Part shown: in pieces, positions 27,345 to 36,368 of the stretch
Numbering within the stretch: the first letter of the stretch is position 1
How the letters are laid out: the number at the start of each line of letters is the position of its first letter
Origin: an uncultured Oscillospiraceae bacterium
Lineage (GTDB): Bacteria > Bacillota > Clostridia > Peptostreptococcales > Anaerovoracaceae
NCBI GenBank assembly: GCA_964345275.1
Contig: CAYFQD010000006.1
Span: forward strand, 812 to 64,811
Direction: 5' to 3'
DNA: 64,000 nt
Position numbers and translations under genes: made by a program
The notes under the pieces: model-generated
Seen by the model: the letters and a program-made list of their open reading frames with translations, nothing else
What the model was told of the DNA's origin: nothing
Databases searched by the model: none

Positions 27345-27426
27345 TAACAAAAGAGACCCGAAGGTCTCTTTTGTTAAAAGGGGTATTGGGATTAGAGATT
27401 AATGAGGTTATCAGGGGGATAACCAC
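27345..27426 (-). ncRNA. Candidate small RNA of about 80 nt with C-rich motifs (alternatively a cis-acting leader/attenuator)
   Basis: It follows its own promoter. The 5' hairpin is GGUUAUC-CCCCU-GAUAACC, then UCAUUAAUCUCUAAUCCCAAUACCCCUUUUAAC. It ends in the terminator AAAAGAGACC-UUCG-GGUCUCUUUU-GUU. It sits between the terminator of the upstream gene and the next gene. Confidence 0.45.
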
Positions 27427-27432
27427 ATATAG

Positions 27433-27461
27433 AGTATAAAGTATTGAATGTTAAAAATCAA
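27433..27461 (-). promoter_or_regulatory. Sigma-A promoter of the candidate sRNA
   Basis: Minus strand TTGATT-17 nt-TATACT. Confidence 0.5.
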
Positions 27462-27493
27462 GCAAATTGTTTTAAAATTGGCTGCAATCAACG

Positions 27494-27519
27494 AAAAAGA
27501 GCCCAAAAGGACTCTTTTT
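27494..27519 (-). terminator. Intrinsic terminator after the aminotransferase gene
   Basis: Minus strand AAAGAGUCC-UUUU-GGGCUCUUU followed by UUCGU. Confidence 0.7.
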
Positions 27520-27547
27520 ACAATTAATGTTCAATCGATTTTGTCAA

Positions 27548-28906
27548 TTATTTAGCTGATTCTTCTGCCAGTGCTGACTCGAAAATTTCCAGTCCTGCAG
27601 CCAGCTGCTCATCAGTTACGCACAGTGGGCAAAGGAATCTGATAACGTTTCCGTAAGTTCCCGCTGATTCTAGCATCAGAGCTTTGTGCATAGCGTTTTG
27701 AACGATTCTGTTAACCAGGTCAGCATCCGGCTCCTTAGTCTCTCTGTCCTTAACGAATTCAACACCCATCATAGCGCCCATTCCTCTGATATCACCGATG
27801 CAGTCATACTTCCTGGCCAGTTCTTCAAATCTGCCTCTTACGATTCCCGCAATGTGAAGAGCCTTTCCGGGATAGTCGTCTCTCTGCATAACTTCGATAA
27901 CTTTCAGTGCCGATGCAGCTGCAACAGCGTTTGCACCGTATGTTCCGCCTATTGTTCCAGGAGTTACCGCATCCATGATTTCCGCACTTGCAGTTACTGC
28001 CGATATCGGCAATCCTCCTGCCATTGACTTGGCTGTAGTAAGAATATCAGGAGCTGCACCTGCTTCTGCGAAATATTCTGATGCAAACAACTTTCCTGAT
28101 CTTCCCCATCCGGTCTGCACTTCGTCACATATCATCATGATGCCGTTGTCATCACAAATCTTTCTGACAGCCTTAACCCATTCGATCGGAGCAGGAACAA
28201 ATCCGCCTTCTCCCTGAACGGGTTCGAATACGATAGCAGCACACTGGTTGTATGGAGTTGCTTCGATGAATACTGCTTCCAGCTTCTTAACATAGTATGC
28301 GATAGCTTCTTTTTCACTCATATTGCCCGGTGCTCTGTAGAGATTAGGGAACTCTGCTCTGTAAACGCCGTCAGGGAAAGGTCCCATGCCGACTGCATAA
28401 GCCTTCTTAGCCGTCATTGTCATAGTCAGAGCTGTTCTTCCGTGAAATGCACCTGTGAATACGATGATGTTAGGTCTGCCTGTATAGCTCTTTGCAATCT
28501 TAACAGCGTTCTCATCAGCTTCCGAACCCGAGCAAACGAACATTGACTTTTTCTTGTCACCCTTGACAGGAACTATTTTGTTCATTTCTTCCGCCAGCTT
28601 AACATATCCTTCGTGAGTAGTCATGTTGAACATTGAATGGAAGAACTTGTCCGCCTGTTCCTTTACAGCTGCGATACATTCAGGATTTGAATATCCTATA
28701 TTGAGTACACCTACGCCGCCGATCCAGTCGAGGAAAATATTTCCATCAACATCTTCAAACATGGCGCCTTCTCCTCTTTCGATTACCGCTTTGTAAGCAC
28801 AACCGATTCCCTTAGGAACTGCTGCAGCTCTTCTGTCCAGCATAGCCTGCGCTTTAGGACCAGGCAGTGGGGTAACGATCTTTGGTAATGCTTCTCTTAA
28901 TGACAT
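27548..28906 (-). CDS. Class III PLP aminotransferase (4-aminobutyrate/beta-alanine aminotransferase-like)
   Basis: 452 aa; PLPGPKAQAML...GGVGVLNIGYSNPE...CDEVQTGWGRSGKLFASE...TTAKSMAGGLP (PLP-lysine region). Confidence 0.85.
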   Translation of the reverse strand: MSLREALPKIVTPLPGPKAQAMLDRRAAAVPKGIGCAYKAVIERGEGAMFEDVDGNIFLDWIGGVGVLNIGYSNPECIAAVKEQADKFFHSMFNMTTHEGYVKLAEEMNKIVPVKGDKKKSMFVCSGSEADENAVKIAKSYTGRPNIIVFTGAFHGRTALTMTMTAKKAYAVGMGPFPDGVYRAEFPNLYRAPGNMSEKEAIAYYVKKLEAVFIEATPYNQCAAIVFEPVQGEGGFVPAPIEWVKAVRKICDDNGIMMICDEVQTGWGRSGKLFASEYFAEAGAAPDILTTAKSMAGGLPISAVTASAEIMDAVTPGTIGGTYGANAVAAASALKVIEVMQRDDYPGKALHIAGIVRGRFEELARKYDCIGDIRGMGAMMGVEFVKDRETKEPDADLVNRIVQNAMHKALMLESAGTYGNVIRFLCPLCVTDEQLAAGLEIFESALAEESAK

Positions 28907-29065
28907 AGTTAATTCCTCCTTGAATTATATTTAAATAAAATCATTAGTTGTCACTTTTTATACTATTCTGCCTTTAATATTTTACTACATTTCCGCAGCC
29001 TTGTACAATGAAACCTGGCAAGAATAATGTTATTTCGCATTATAATAAAGGTAAAAAACTCACCT

Positions 29066-30856
29066 TCAGTTAATATCAAGTTCCGACAGTTTCCTATATA
29101 ATGTAGCTCTTGACATTCCCAGCTCCCGGGCCACAACATCCTTGACGCCGTTATGCTGCTTCAGCTTTTTGATTATTATCTCTCTCTCGTAATACTTGAT
29201 CTGCTCGGAAAGAGGTTTATCCATATTTCTGAATTTGGTAATCTCCTCTTCCTTCTTCAGAATTCTGGCAGGAACTTCCTCTATGGTTATCATGTTGCCA
29301 AAAGCCATGTTCGTTCCGTATTCCACCGCATTCTCCAGTTCCCGTACATTGCCGGGCCAGTCATGATTCATGTACAGCTCCTCAACTTCCGAAGAAAATC
29401 CGCTGATTCTTCTGTTCATAAATGCATTGTTTTTCTTCAGGAAATGGTGCATAAGCATTCTTATGTCTTCCTTGCGCTCTCTGAGAGGAGGGATATTAAG
29501 AGGTATGACACTCAGCCTGTAATACAGATCCTCACGGAACTTGCCTTCCTCTATGAGTTTCTCCAGATCCCTGTTGGTTGCTGCAATTACGCGAACATCC
29601 ACGATTATATCTCTGTTTCCGCCCACTCTTTCGAATTTCATGTTCTGAAGAACATGGAGGATCTTTACCTGCAGATGCAGCGGCATGTCTCCGATTTCAT
29701 CAAGAAAGATAGTCCCGCCGTCAGCCATCTCAAACTTTCCCGCCTTGCCTTTCTCCGACGCCCCGGTAAACGCCCCCTTCTCATATCCAAAGAGTTCACT
29801 TTCAAGCAGGTTTTCGGGAATAGCACCACAATTCACCGTTACAAACGGTCCATCAGCTCTGTTGCTGGCATAGTGAATAGCCTTGGCAAACATCTCCTTA
29901 CCCGTGCCCGATTCGCCGGTAATGAGAACCGTGGAGTTTCCCTTGGCAATAACAAGTGACTGTCTCTTTGCAATCATTATTTTTTTGCTGTTCCCGACAA
30001 TATCATGAACCGTGTTCTTTATCTGCCGGTTATTAAAAGTGTATACCAGCTTTTGCGCTTCCTCTATATCCCTGAAAGATACAACGACTCCTTCAATTTC
30101 ATCGCCCGTTATTATTGCCTTTACCGAAACTATGAAGTGATGCTGTCTGTCATCTATCTTAAATATCTCTTCATTTTCAGTGTATCCCTTGCCTGTTTCC
30201 AGAACCTTGATGGCAGGGCTGCCCGGCATGAGGTTGCTTATATGTTTGCCTATCAGATCCTTTTTGGTTGTTTTGAACAAAGATGCTGCTCTGTTGTTGC
30301 AATGTTTCACATATCCGCGAACATCCAGCGCGAAAATGCCTTCGTGGGCTGTTTCGAGAAATGTGGACATTTCGTCACGGGATACTGATACACTGGTAAG
30401 CGTAGCCTGCTGATCCGCCTTGGCAGCCAGAAGATCCGCCATTCTTTCCACAAAACCCACCATATTTCTCTTTGCATCCGACAGAATCTGCTTCTGTTCC
30501 TCAGTAAAAGCAACCAGTCCGATTATCCCTATTGTGTCCTCGCCGCATACAATCGGCGTGCATATTTCGGCCCTTTCTCCGGACATGGTAGCTCCCAGTC
30601 CTTTCTCATCGTATCCTACTTCTGCCATTGCGTCCTCAATATATTGAGTAACGCCCATACGCAAAACCCTTGCATAGAGATAGTTACCCTCCAAATCGCC
30701 GCTCTCCTCTTTTTTACCTATGCGATCCTGATAAACACCGGTTCCGCCTATAACAGTCAGTTTGTTATCAACAATTTCAACTTCTACCCCCAGTGCGATA
30801 CTGATAGCCTCAGCCACCTGCTGTACACTTTCCTTAATACTCTGTAAATATGACAT
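29066..30856 (-). CDS. Sigma-54-dependent transcriptional activator (sensor N-domain + PAS + AAA+ + Fis HTH)
   Basis: Walker A GESGTGKE, the sigma-54 contact loop GAFTGA (YEKGAFTGA), [10 protein letters not shown], and a C-terminal [18 protein letters not shown]. Start set at ATG 30856 (GAGGAG RBS). Confidence 0.88.
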   Translation of the reverse strand: MSYLQSIKESVQQVAEAISIALGVEVEIVDNKLTVIGGTGVYQDRIGKKEESGDLEGNYLYARVLRMGVTQYIEDAMAEVGYDEKGLGATMSGERAEICTPIVCGEDTIGIIGLVAFTEEQKQILSDAKRNMVGFVERMADLLAAKADQQATLTSVSVSRDEMSTFLETAHEGIFALDVRGYVKHCNNRAASLFKTTKKDLIGKHISNLMPGSPAIKVLETGKGYTENEEIFKIDDRQHHFIVSVKAIITGDEIEGVVVSFRDIEEAQKLVYTFNNRQIKNTVHDIVGNSKKIMIAKRQSLVIAKGNSTVLITGESGTGKEMFAKAIHYASNRADGPFVTVNCGAIPENLLESELFGYEKGAFTGASEKGKAGKFEMADGGTIFLDEIGDMPLHLQVKILHVLQNMKFERVGGNRDIIVDVRVIAATNRDLEKLIEEGKFREDLYYRLSVIPLNIPPLRERKEDIRMLMHHFLKKNNAFMNRRISGFSSEVEELYMNHDWPGNVRELENAVEYGTNMAFGNMITIEEVPARILKKEEEITKFRNMDKPLSEQIKYYEREIIIKKLKQHNGVKDVVARELGMSRATLYRKLSELDIN

Positions 30857-30941
30857 TATAAAACTCCTCACAAATTACACTTTGTCTCTATCTTAACACA
30901 CTGTATCGTTTTTGTGACAAAGTTTTCTCAAAAATGTCCTT

Positions 30942-30964
30942 GAAAAAAGCACCCTCATGGGTGC
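30942..30964 (-). terminator. Intrinsic terminator overlapping the stop of the beta-CASP gene
   Basis: Minus strand GCACCC-AUGA-GGGUGC followed by UUUUUUCAAGG. Confidence 0.65.
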
Positions 30965-32700
30965 TTTGCGACTCTTTCCTGCTCTTGTTCCCTTGTTTTC
31001 TCTTCTATTCTGACCATATCCTCTTCTGTCAGTTCTATCCCGTCAGACTCGTCGCTCTCGGAAATGGCAGCTCCCAGATTGATGGCAGCTTTCTCCAGCT
31101 CAAGGATTATATTGTTCATCCTTGCCAGCTTATCTGCGGAAGTGTTGTGGTCAACACTTAAGTTCGTATTGTAAATGATATCTTCCAGTCTTCTTCTGAC
31201 ATTATAGAGATTGTCTCTGGTATCGTTTACAACCTTTTCATCGACGGCTTCCTCCATGGCTTCTTCCATGGTTACAGATGCTCCTCCCGCTTCAAGCTCA
31301 TATTCGCTGTTGACATTTACCGCTATGGGCTCGTAGCCCAGCGCCTGCTTCACTGTTTCTGCGAAGTCAATCTTTACCTGCGGTTCTCCGTGCACCAGAA
31401 ATATCTTCTTGGGCTCGACCTGGAATCCTTTTAGCCAGGCCAGCAGGCCTTCTCTGTCAGCATGGCCGGAGAAGCCCTCCAGATTGTGAATCTTGGCAAC
31501 AACATTAATCTTTTCACCAAACAGAGTGACCTCGGACGCGCCTTCAATCAATGTTCTTCCCAGAGTTCCTTCTGCCTGATACCCCACGAACACAATGCTG
31601 TTCCTGGCATCCCACAGGTTGTACTTCAGGTGATGCCTGATTCTTCCGGCTTCGCACATTCCACTGGCTGAAATAATCACCTTAGGGTTGCGATTGAAAT
31701 TCAGCCACTTGGATTCTTCAGTCGTCTTAGTGAATTTCAGATTGTCAAACTCAAGAGGGTGATCGCCCTTGCTGATATAATCCTTGGTGCTCTCATCAAA
31801 GACCTGAGCGTTTTGTTTAAAAACCTCTGTTGCGGCATTTGCCATAGGGCTGTCCACATAAACCATAATATCCTGCAGCTTCTTTTTTCTCGGGTCGTCT
31901 TCACTGTCATAGATCTTGTTCAGTTCATAAATAAGCTCCTGTGTTCTCCCCACCGCAAAGGATGGAATGATGGTATTCCCGCCCCGAGCCGATGTCTCTA
32001 TGATAATATTGATAAGATTGTTTACATCCATAATATTCTCAGGGTGCAGCCGGTTTCCGTAAGTTGTTTCCATAATCACATAGTCCGCTTTCTTGATTAT
32101 GGTAGGATTGCGCAGAATAGGTCTGTCCATTACACCAAGGTCACCGGAAAAAACAATCTTTGATACATTTCCGTTTTCTTCAACCCACAATTCAATTATG
32201 CCGGATCCCAGAATATGACCCGCATCATTGAACACAACTCTCATTTGCTCGTTTAATTCGATGAGCTGATCGTATAGAACCGGTTTCACATATTTCAGAG
32301 ATTCCTCTGCTTCCTGTTCCGTATACAGAGGTTCAACCAGCGGTCTGCCCGCTCTCTCATTCTTTCTATTCTGCCATTCCGCCTCTTTCTCGTGAATATG
32401 TCCGCTGTCCTTCAGCATTATTTCCAGCAAATCAGCAGTGGCATCGGTACAGTAAATCTGACCTGTGAAACCCCTCTTCACCAGCAGAGGAATTCTGCCG
32501 CAATGATCAATATGTGCATGGCTCAATATAATATAGTCCACTTCCGAAGGTTCGAAAGGGAATGGTTCATAGTTCATCTCCTCCTGTGCTTTTCCGCCCT
32601 GAAACTGTCCGCAATCGAGCAAAATCTTATGCTTATCCGTTGTTATAAGATGGCATGAACCGGTTACACCTGTCGTTGCTCCGCAAAAATGAATTTTCAT
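30955..32700 (-). CDS. MBL-fold beta-CASP family hydrolase (RNA-metabolising type) with a C-terminal extension
   Basis: MKIHFCGATTGVTGSCHLI...ILSHAHIDHCGRIPLL...; beta-CASP region and ...GFSGHAD...VHGE. The extra C-terminal stretch of about 130 aa is acidic/coiled. Confidence 0.8.
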   Translation of the reverse strand: MKIHFCGATTGVTGSCHLITTDKHKILLDCGQFQGGKAQEEMNYEPFPFEPSEVDYIILSHAHIDHCGRIPLLVKRGFTGQIYCTDATADLLEIMLKDSGHIHEKEAEWQNRKNERAGRPLVEPLYTEQEAEESLKYVKPVLYDQLIELNEQMRVVFNDAGHILGSGIIELWVEENGNVSKIVFSGDLGVMDRPILRNPTIIKKADYVIMETTYGNRLHPENIMDVNNLINIIIETSARGGNTIIPSFAVGRTQELIYELNKIYDSEDDPRKKKLQDIMVYVDSPMANAATEVFKQNAQVFDESTKDYISKGDHPLEFDNLKFTKTTEESKWLNFNRNPKVIISASGMCEAGRIRHHLKYNLWDARNSIVFVGYQAEGTLGRTLIEGASEVTLFGEKINVVAKIHNLEGFSGHADREGLLAWLKGFQVEPKKIFLVHGEPQVKIDFAETVKQALGYEPIAVNVNSEYELEAGGASVTMEEAMEEAVDEKVVNDTRDNLYNVRRRLEDIIYNTNLSVDHNTSADKLARMNNIILELEKAAINLGAAISESDESDGIELTEEDMVRIEEKTREQEQERVAKHP

Positions 32701-32715
32701 GTTTCCCTTTTCCTC

Positions 32716-34017
32716 CTACTCGACAATCCTTTTTAATAACTCTCTTTTAATCGGCATATCGCTTCCTGTTTTGAAAGCCTTTGCTGCCTCTTCAGCAGCC
32801 GCCTGCATTTTTATGTCATCATTGCCGTACAGGGTACAGAGCAAATCACCTTCTTTAATCCTGTCTCCTGTCTTAACAGCGAGTACAATTCCTGCCGACA
32901 GATCCACCCGGCCATCCTTTTTCTCCCGCCCTGCACCGGTATGCTGCGACGCCAGGCCGATAATCATAGCATCCACACCCTGAATATAGCCGGAAGACTT
33001 TGCTCTGATTTCAATCTCCTTGCCGGCCCGTGGAAGCAGATTGTAATCCTCCGTAATGTCAGGGTTGCCGCCTTGAGCTGATACAAACTCTCTGAATTTA
33101 TCAAGGGCTCTGCCATCGGAGAGGGCTTCCTTCGCCCTTTGTGTCGCCTTTTCAACATTCTCGCCGGTACTCAGATGGATCATCAGCCCTGCCAGCCTGA
33201 TGGACAGCTCTCTTATATCTCCGGGGCCCTGCCCTTTAAGTACATCTATTGCCTCCTTAACCTCAAGGGCGTTTCCTACTGCCAGCCCCAAAGGTTCCTC
33301 CATATCTGAAATCACTGCCAGAGTTTTCTTTCCACTGCCTCTTCCGATCTTCACCATCATTTCCGCCAGAGCTAAGGATTCCTTCTCATCCTTCATAAAT
33401 GCCCCGCTTCCTGTCTTTACATCCAGAACTATTGCATCGGAACCGGCAGCAAGCTTTTTGCTCATTATGCTTGCAGTAATCAGACTGAGATTCTCTACTG
33501 TTCCCGTCACATCTCTAAGAGCATACATCTTCTTGTCAGCCGGAGCTATGTGTCCGGTCTGCCCGATAACCGCGATTCCTTTCTCGTTTACCTGTCTGAT
33601 GAATTCCTCCTGCGCCATTGATGTTCTGAATCCCGGTATGGCTTCCATCTTGTCCACGGTCCCTCCGGTAAAGCCCAGCCCTCTGCCGCTCATCTTGGCA
33701 ACAGGCACCCCGCAGGCTGCAGCGACAGGCCCCACGATGAGGGTTGTCTTATCACCAACCCCTCCGGTGCTGTGCTTGTCGACTTTTATGCCTTTGATAC
33801 CGGACAGATCCATCACATCTCCCGAGTCTCTCATGCACCCGGTCAGATTAACGGTCTCCTCTTCATTCATCCCGCGAAAATAGACAGCCATAAGAAAAGC
33901 TGCCATCTGATAATCGGGGATACTTCCATCAGTATAACCCCTCACCATATATTCTATCTCTGCAGGGGCGAGAACTTTGCCGTCTCTCTTCTTTGTTATG
34001 ATATCAACCGTATTCAC
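32716..34017 (-). CDS. pdp: Pyrimidine-nucleoside phosphorylase
   Basis: (V)NTVDIITKKRDGK...DKHSTGGVGDKTTL...AKMSGRGLGFTGGTVDK... The start is probably GTG 34017, preceded by AAAGGAG. The upstream ATG 34044 has no RBS. Confidence 0.92.
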   Translation of the reverse strand: MNTVDIITKKRDGKVLAPAEIEYMVRGYTDGSIPDYQMAAFLMAVYFRGMNEEETVNLTGCMRDSGDVMDLSGIKGIKVDKHSTGGVGDKTTLIVGPVAAACGVPVAKMSGRGLGFTGGTVDKMEAIPGFRTSMAQEEFIRQVNEKGIAVIGQTGHIAPADKKMYALRDVTGTVENLSLITASIMSKKLAAGSDAIVLDVKTGSGAFMKDEKESLALAEMMVKIGRGSGKKTLAVISDMEEPLGLAVGNALEVKEAIDVLKGQGPGDIRELSIRLAGLMIHLSTGENVEKATQRAKEALSDGRALDKFREFVSAQGGNPDITEDYNLLPRAGKEIEIRAKSSGYIQGVDAMIIGLASQHTGAGREKKDGRVDLSAGIVLAVKTGDRIKEGDLLCTLYGNDDIKMQAAAEEAAKAFKTGSDMPIKRELLKRIVE

Positions 34018-34204
34018 TTCGTCTGCTCCTTTTCTCCAAAGCATAGCTTTGTAGCAACACTATTATACTACAAATTGGGGAAATGGGTAGTTTAAAAGGA
34101 CCGCCATTAAGATGATCCTCTGATAGATACAATTATGGATTACGAGAACATTAAAAGCCTTATTCCCGCCACGAGGAAGGATAAAAAGCACAGACCCAAA
34201 ACAA

Positions 34205-34483
34205 TCATAGTGCAGAAAGTATTTCTCCCAGTGAAGAAAGTGTTCCCCACACGAGGGAGGATAAAAAACACGAAATGATAAATAGTAATATCTTGCCACC
34301 TGTGCTAATGGTTCTGGCCATAAAGAGGCCAAAGATACCAATAGGCCAGCAAAAAATCAAGGCCAATATGAGAAACCATTTCTTCTCACACATTTCTTTA
34401 AACCAGTTAAAAGCCCTTCTCCACCATTTATTCTCGTATTCCAGGCGACGTTTATTCTCTTCTCTCTGCTGTACTTTAGTCAA
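34205..34483 (-). CDS. Small membrane protein, basic N-terminus + two predicted TM helices (partner of the DUF4145-like protein)
   Basis: The TTG start overlaps the TGA stop of the upstream ORF (caTTGAct). Sequence KRRLEYENKWWRRAFNWFK... then WFLILALIFCWPIGIFGLFMA and ILLFIISCFLSSLVWGTLSSL. An internal ATG (MCEKKW) is an alternative start. Confidence 0.55.
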   Translation of the reverse strand: MTKVQQREENKRRLEYENKWWRRAFNWFKEMCEKKWFLILALIFCWPIGIFGLFMARTISTGGKILLFIISCFLSSLVWGTLSSLGEILSAL

Positions 34484-35694
34484 TGCAGCATTATAATAAA
34501 CACTAAAAGGCCCATAGTTGAAACATTCGATATCATTCCGGGACGATTATTTTTAAATATATCGCAAATTTCGTTGTATGCATCAGCCAATGCTCCCTCA
34601 TACTCGGTAATTGTGTTATTATCATCTGCAGCTTTTGCACACAAAACCATAAATTTCAGTTTTTCAAGTGTATCGTAATTAGCACTTTGGTGAATGGGTG
34701 CAATGATATTGCCCTGATATTTATCGAAAATATAATTGGTGAATTCCGCTGTCATAGAATACAGAGCAGTAGCTCTGTACCACGAAAACCCCTCGTATTG
34801 ATTTTCATAAATCGGAGTAGGTATTTTTTGTCTGCTGTTACTATCGTAATATTCATTGATGCCCGATACATAATAGTAAACATAATTACTTATTCCTCTA
34901 TAAAATGCATAATTATATGCATCCCATATTGCAGTTGCGATGTATCTCAAAGGAACATATTCTCCTCTTTCCCACTTTCTTGCTGCCGTTATAACGGCTT
35001 CGCTGACCCAGTAATAATATCTGGCATCATAGCTATAAGCCGGCGAATACTTCTTTCCCTTGAAAAAGTATGCAGGCATATTGACTAAACCATTGTCGTT
35101 CCATACGAGATTTTTTGGATCTTTAGAAAGAAAACCAATTGCAATATCCAGCATTGCCTCAACATCACCATTCTCAGCCTTACGCTTCAATTCGCAGTAT
35201 TCGGGAATGACCAGCAATTGTTCATTTTTTGTGCAATCCGACCATCTGCCGTAATATCTGTGGTTCTGACTGTAGTAATCAGGGTGTTCCATTGGAATAT
35301 TATTTTCATACCTTGCCTGACTCATCCTTTCACTGCGGTCAGAATTTGTAATAATTTCTATAAGTTTTCCTAACTCATCTATGACTTCATTGGCTAATGC
35401 AATTGGAATTTCTACCGCGTCCAGATCCACATGGCTCCCTTTGTTTGCATTAGTTCTGATTCGATGCATCATATCTTTTTCTCGTATGCTGATCACATCT
35501 GACTCATACAGACTGTCAATCATTTCCATCAAATCCATCTCTCGTGTATCCGAAACCACTCCGGAATTTACGCACATCTGTTTTATCAGCATTTCAAGTG
35601 CACGCCTGGAAGCGGAGAGAGAACCATAGCTGTCCCCATCACGAGCATATTTTTTTGCGTTTTCGTAAGGCTTCAATATCATTTCGTATTTCAT
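34480..35694 (-). CDS. DUF4145 (HEPN-related)-like N-terminal domain fused to a Tyr/Trp-rich Sel1-like repeat region and a hydrophobic C-terminal tail
   Basis: 404-aa intact ORF with its own AT-rich promoter region and a GAAAGG RBS. Residues 1-115 (SASRRALEMLIKQMC...LMEMIDSLYESDVI...MHRIRTNANKGSHVD) fit my recollection of the DUF4145 pattern. KRKAENGDVEAMLDIAIGFL is Sel1-like. The tail reads STMGLLVFIIMLH. No search was run. Confidence 0.7.
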   Translation of the reverse strand: MKYEMILKPYENAKKYARDGDSYGSLSASRRALEMLIKQMCVNSGVVSDTREMDLMEMIDSLYESDVISIREKDMMHRIRTNANKGSHVDLDAVEIPIALANEVIDELGKLIEIITNSDRSERMSQARYENNIPMEHPDYYSQNHRYYGRWSDCTKNEQLLVIPEYCELKRKAENGDVEAMLDIAIGFLSKDPKNLVWNDNGLVNMPAYFFKGKKYSPAYSYDARYYYWVSEAVITAARKWERGEYVPLRYIATAIWDAYNYAFYRGISNYVYYYVSGINEYYDSNSRQKIPTPIYENQYEGFSWYRATALYSMTAEFTNYIFDKYQGNIIAPIHQSANYDTLEKLKFMVLCAKAADDNNTITEYEGALADAYNEICDIFKNNRPGMISNVSTMGLLVFIIMLH

Positions 35695-35789
35695 TTTTTC
35701 AACCTTTCATTCCGTAAAAAGAAATAATAATTTCATGCTCACAAGATAATATTTTAATTATATACCTTACAAACACCTTTATCAAAGGG

Positions 35790-35814
35790 CCAAAAGGCAG
35801 GATTATATCCTGCC
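35790..35814 (-). terminator. Hairpin/terminator at the end of the CAP-domain relic
   Basis: Minus strand GGCAGG-auauaau-CCUGCC followed by UUUUGG; the stop codon lies in the loop. Confidence 0.5.
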
Positions 35815-36177
35815 GAAACACTGCACCCAGTACCTTACGCCATCCTCCTCATAGCAGGCGATACCTACTGCATTAAATCTGGAACACAACATGTTTCTTC
35901 GATGTCCCTGCAGATTATACTTTTCATCTGTTTCCTTCCAGACCTCTGTCGCATCCTTCGCTGTTCTATACCCATAAACCAGGTTTTCGCCCCTGAATTT
36001 TATTCCCTTAGGATATGCTGTAAAGCAATTTTTCCCATTTGGACGAGTGTGAGAATACTTCACTGCAATCTCTTTAGCGCGAATTTTAGCAGTATTCTCC
36101 AGTCTGGCATTCCTCTTTAGCGGCTTCAGTTTATTCTTTGCATTGGTATTGAAATACTTTTTATGAAAATCACGGTT
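35803..36177 (-). pseudogene. 5'-truncated CAP/SCP/PR1-like (YkwD-type) domain gene
   Basis: The open frame reads RDFHKKYFNTNAKNKLKPLKRNARLENTAKIRAKEIAVKYSHTRPNGKN...GHRRNMLCSRFNAVGIACYEEDGVRYWVQCFGRI. It has no signal peptide and no ATG, and is bounded upstream by an in-frame TAA at 36178-36180. Confidence 0.6.
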
Positions 36178-36368
36178 TTAAAAAGAACGCGGAAACCGAA
36201 TCCTGTATTGAGCTTTCCGGCGAAGTAATCGGTATGGGAAATTTCGCTCGTTTTCTCCGTGGATTCGGCTCATCTGCAATCGTAATGAAACCGGCATCCC
36301 TGCGTCAGCTAATGTTGTCTTCAGCGGACAAGGTAATTGCACGATACAAAGAGGTAAATGAAAAATGA
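36153..36368 (+). pseudogene. C-terminal fragment of a WYL-domain regulator (5' part deleted)
   Basis: Only about 70 codons are open: ...ELSGEVIGMGNFARFLRGFGSSAIVMKPASLRQLMLSSADKVIARYKEVNEK. This resembles the C-terminal extension of WYL regulators. Its TGA overlaps the ATG of the next gene (ATGA). Confidence 0.5.

Noticed and set aside
27373-27426. Leader peptide with Pro codons (GTG-started 33-codon frame through the C-rich RNA) as an attenuator for proC
   Set aside because: There is no RBS, only three scattered Pro codons, and proC is the second gene downstream. A non-coding RNA or leader is the better reading.
29014-29030. Sigma-54-like element TGGCAAG-N4-ATGT on the plus strand between the aminotransferase and activator genes
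   Set aside because: It points the wrong way, into the 3' end of the activator gene, and it lacks the conserved GC of the -12 box.
34063-34341. 92-aa minus-strand ORF overlapping the end of the small membrane ORF
   Set aside because: It lies in an alternative frame over the duplicated segment, has no RBS, and reads as low-complexity sequence. It is a shadow of the repeat.
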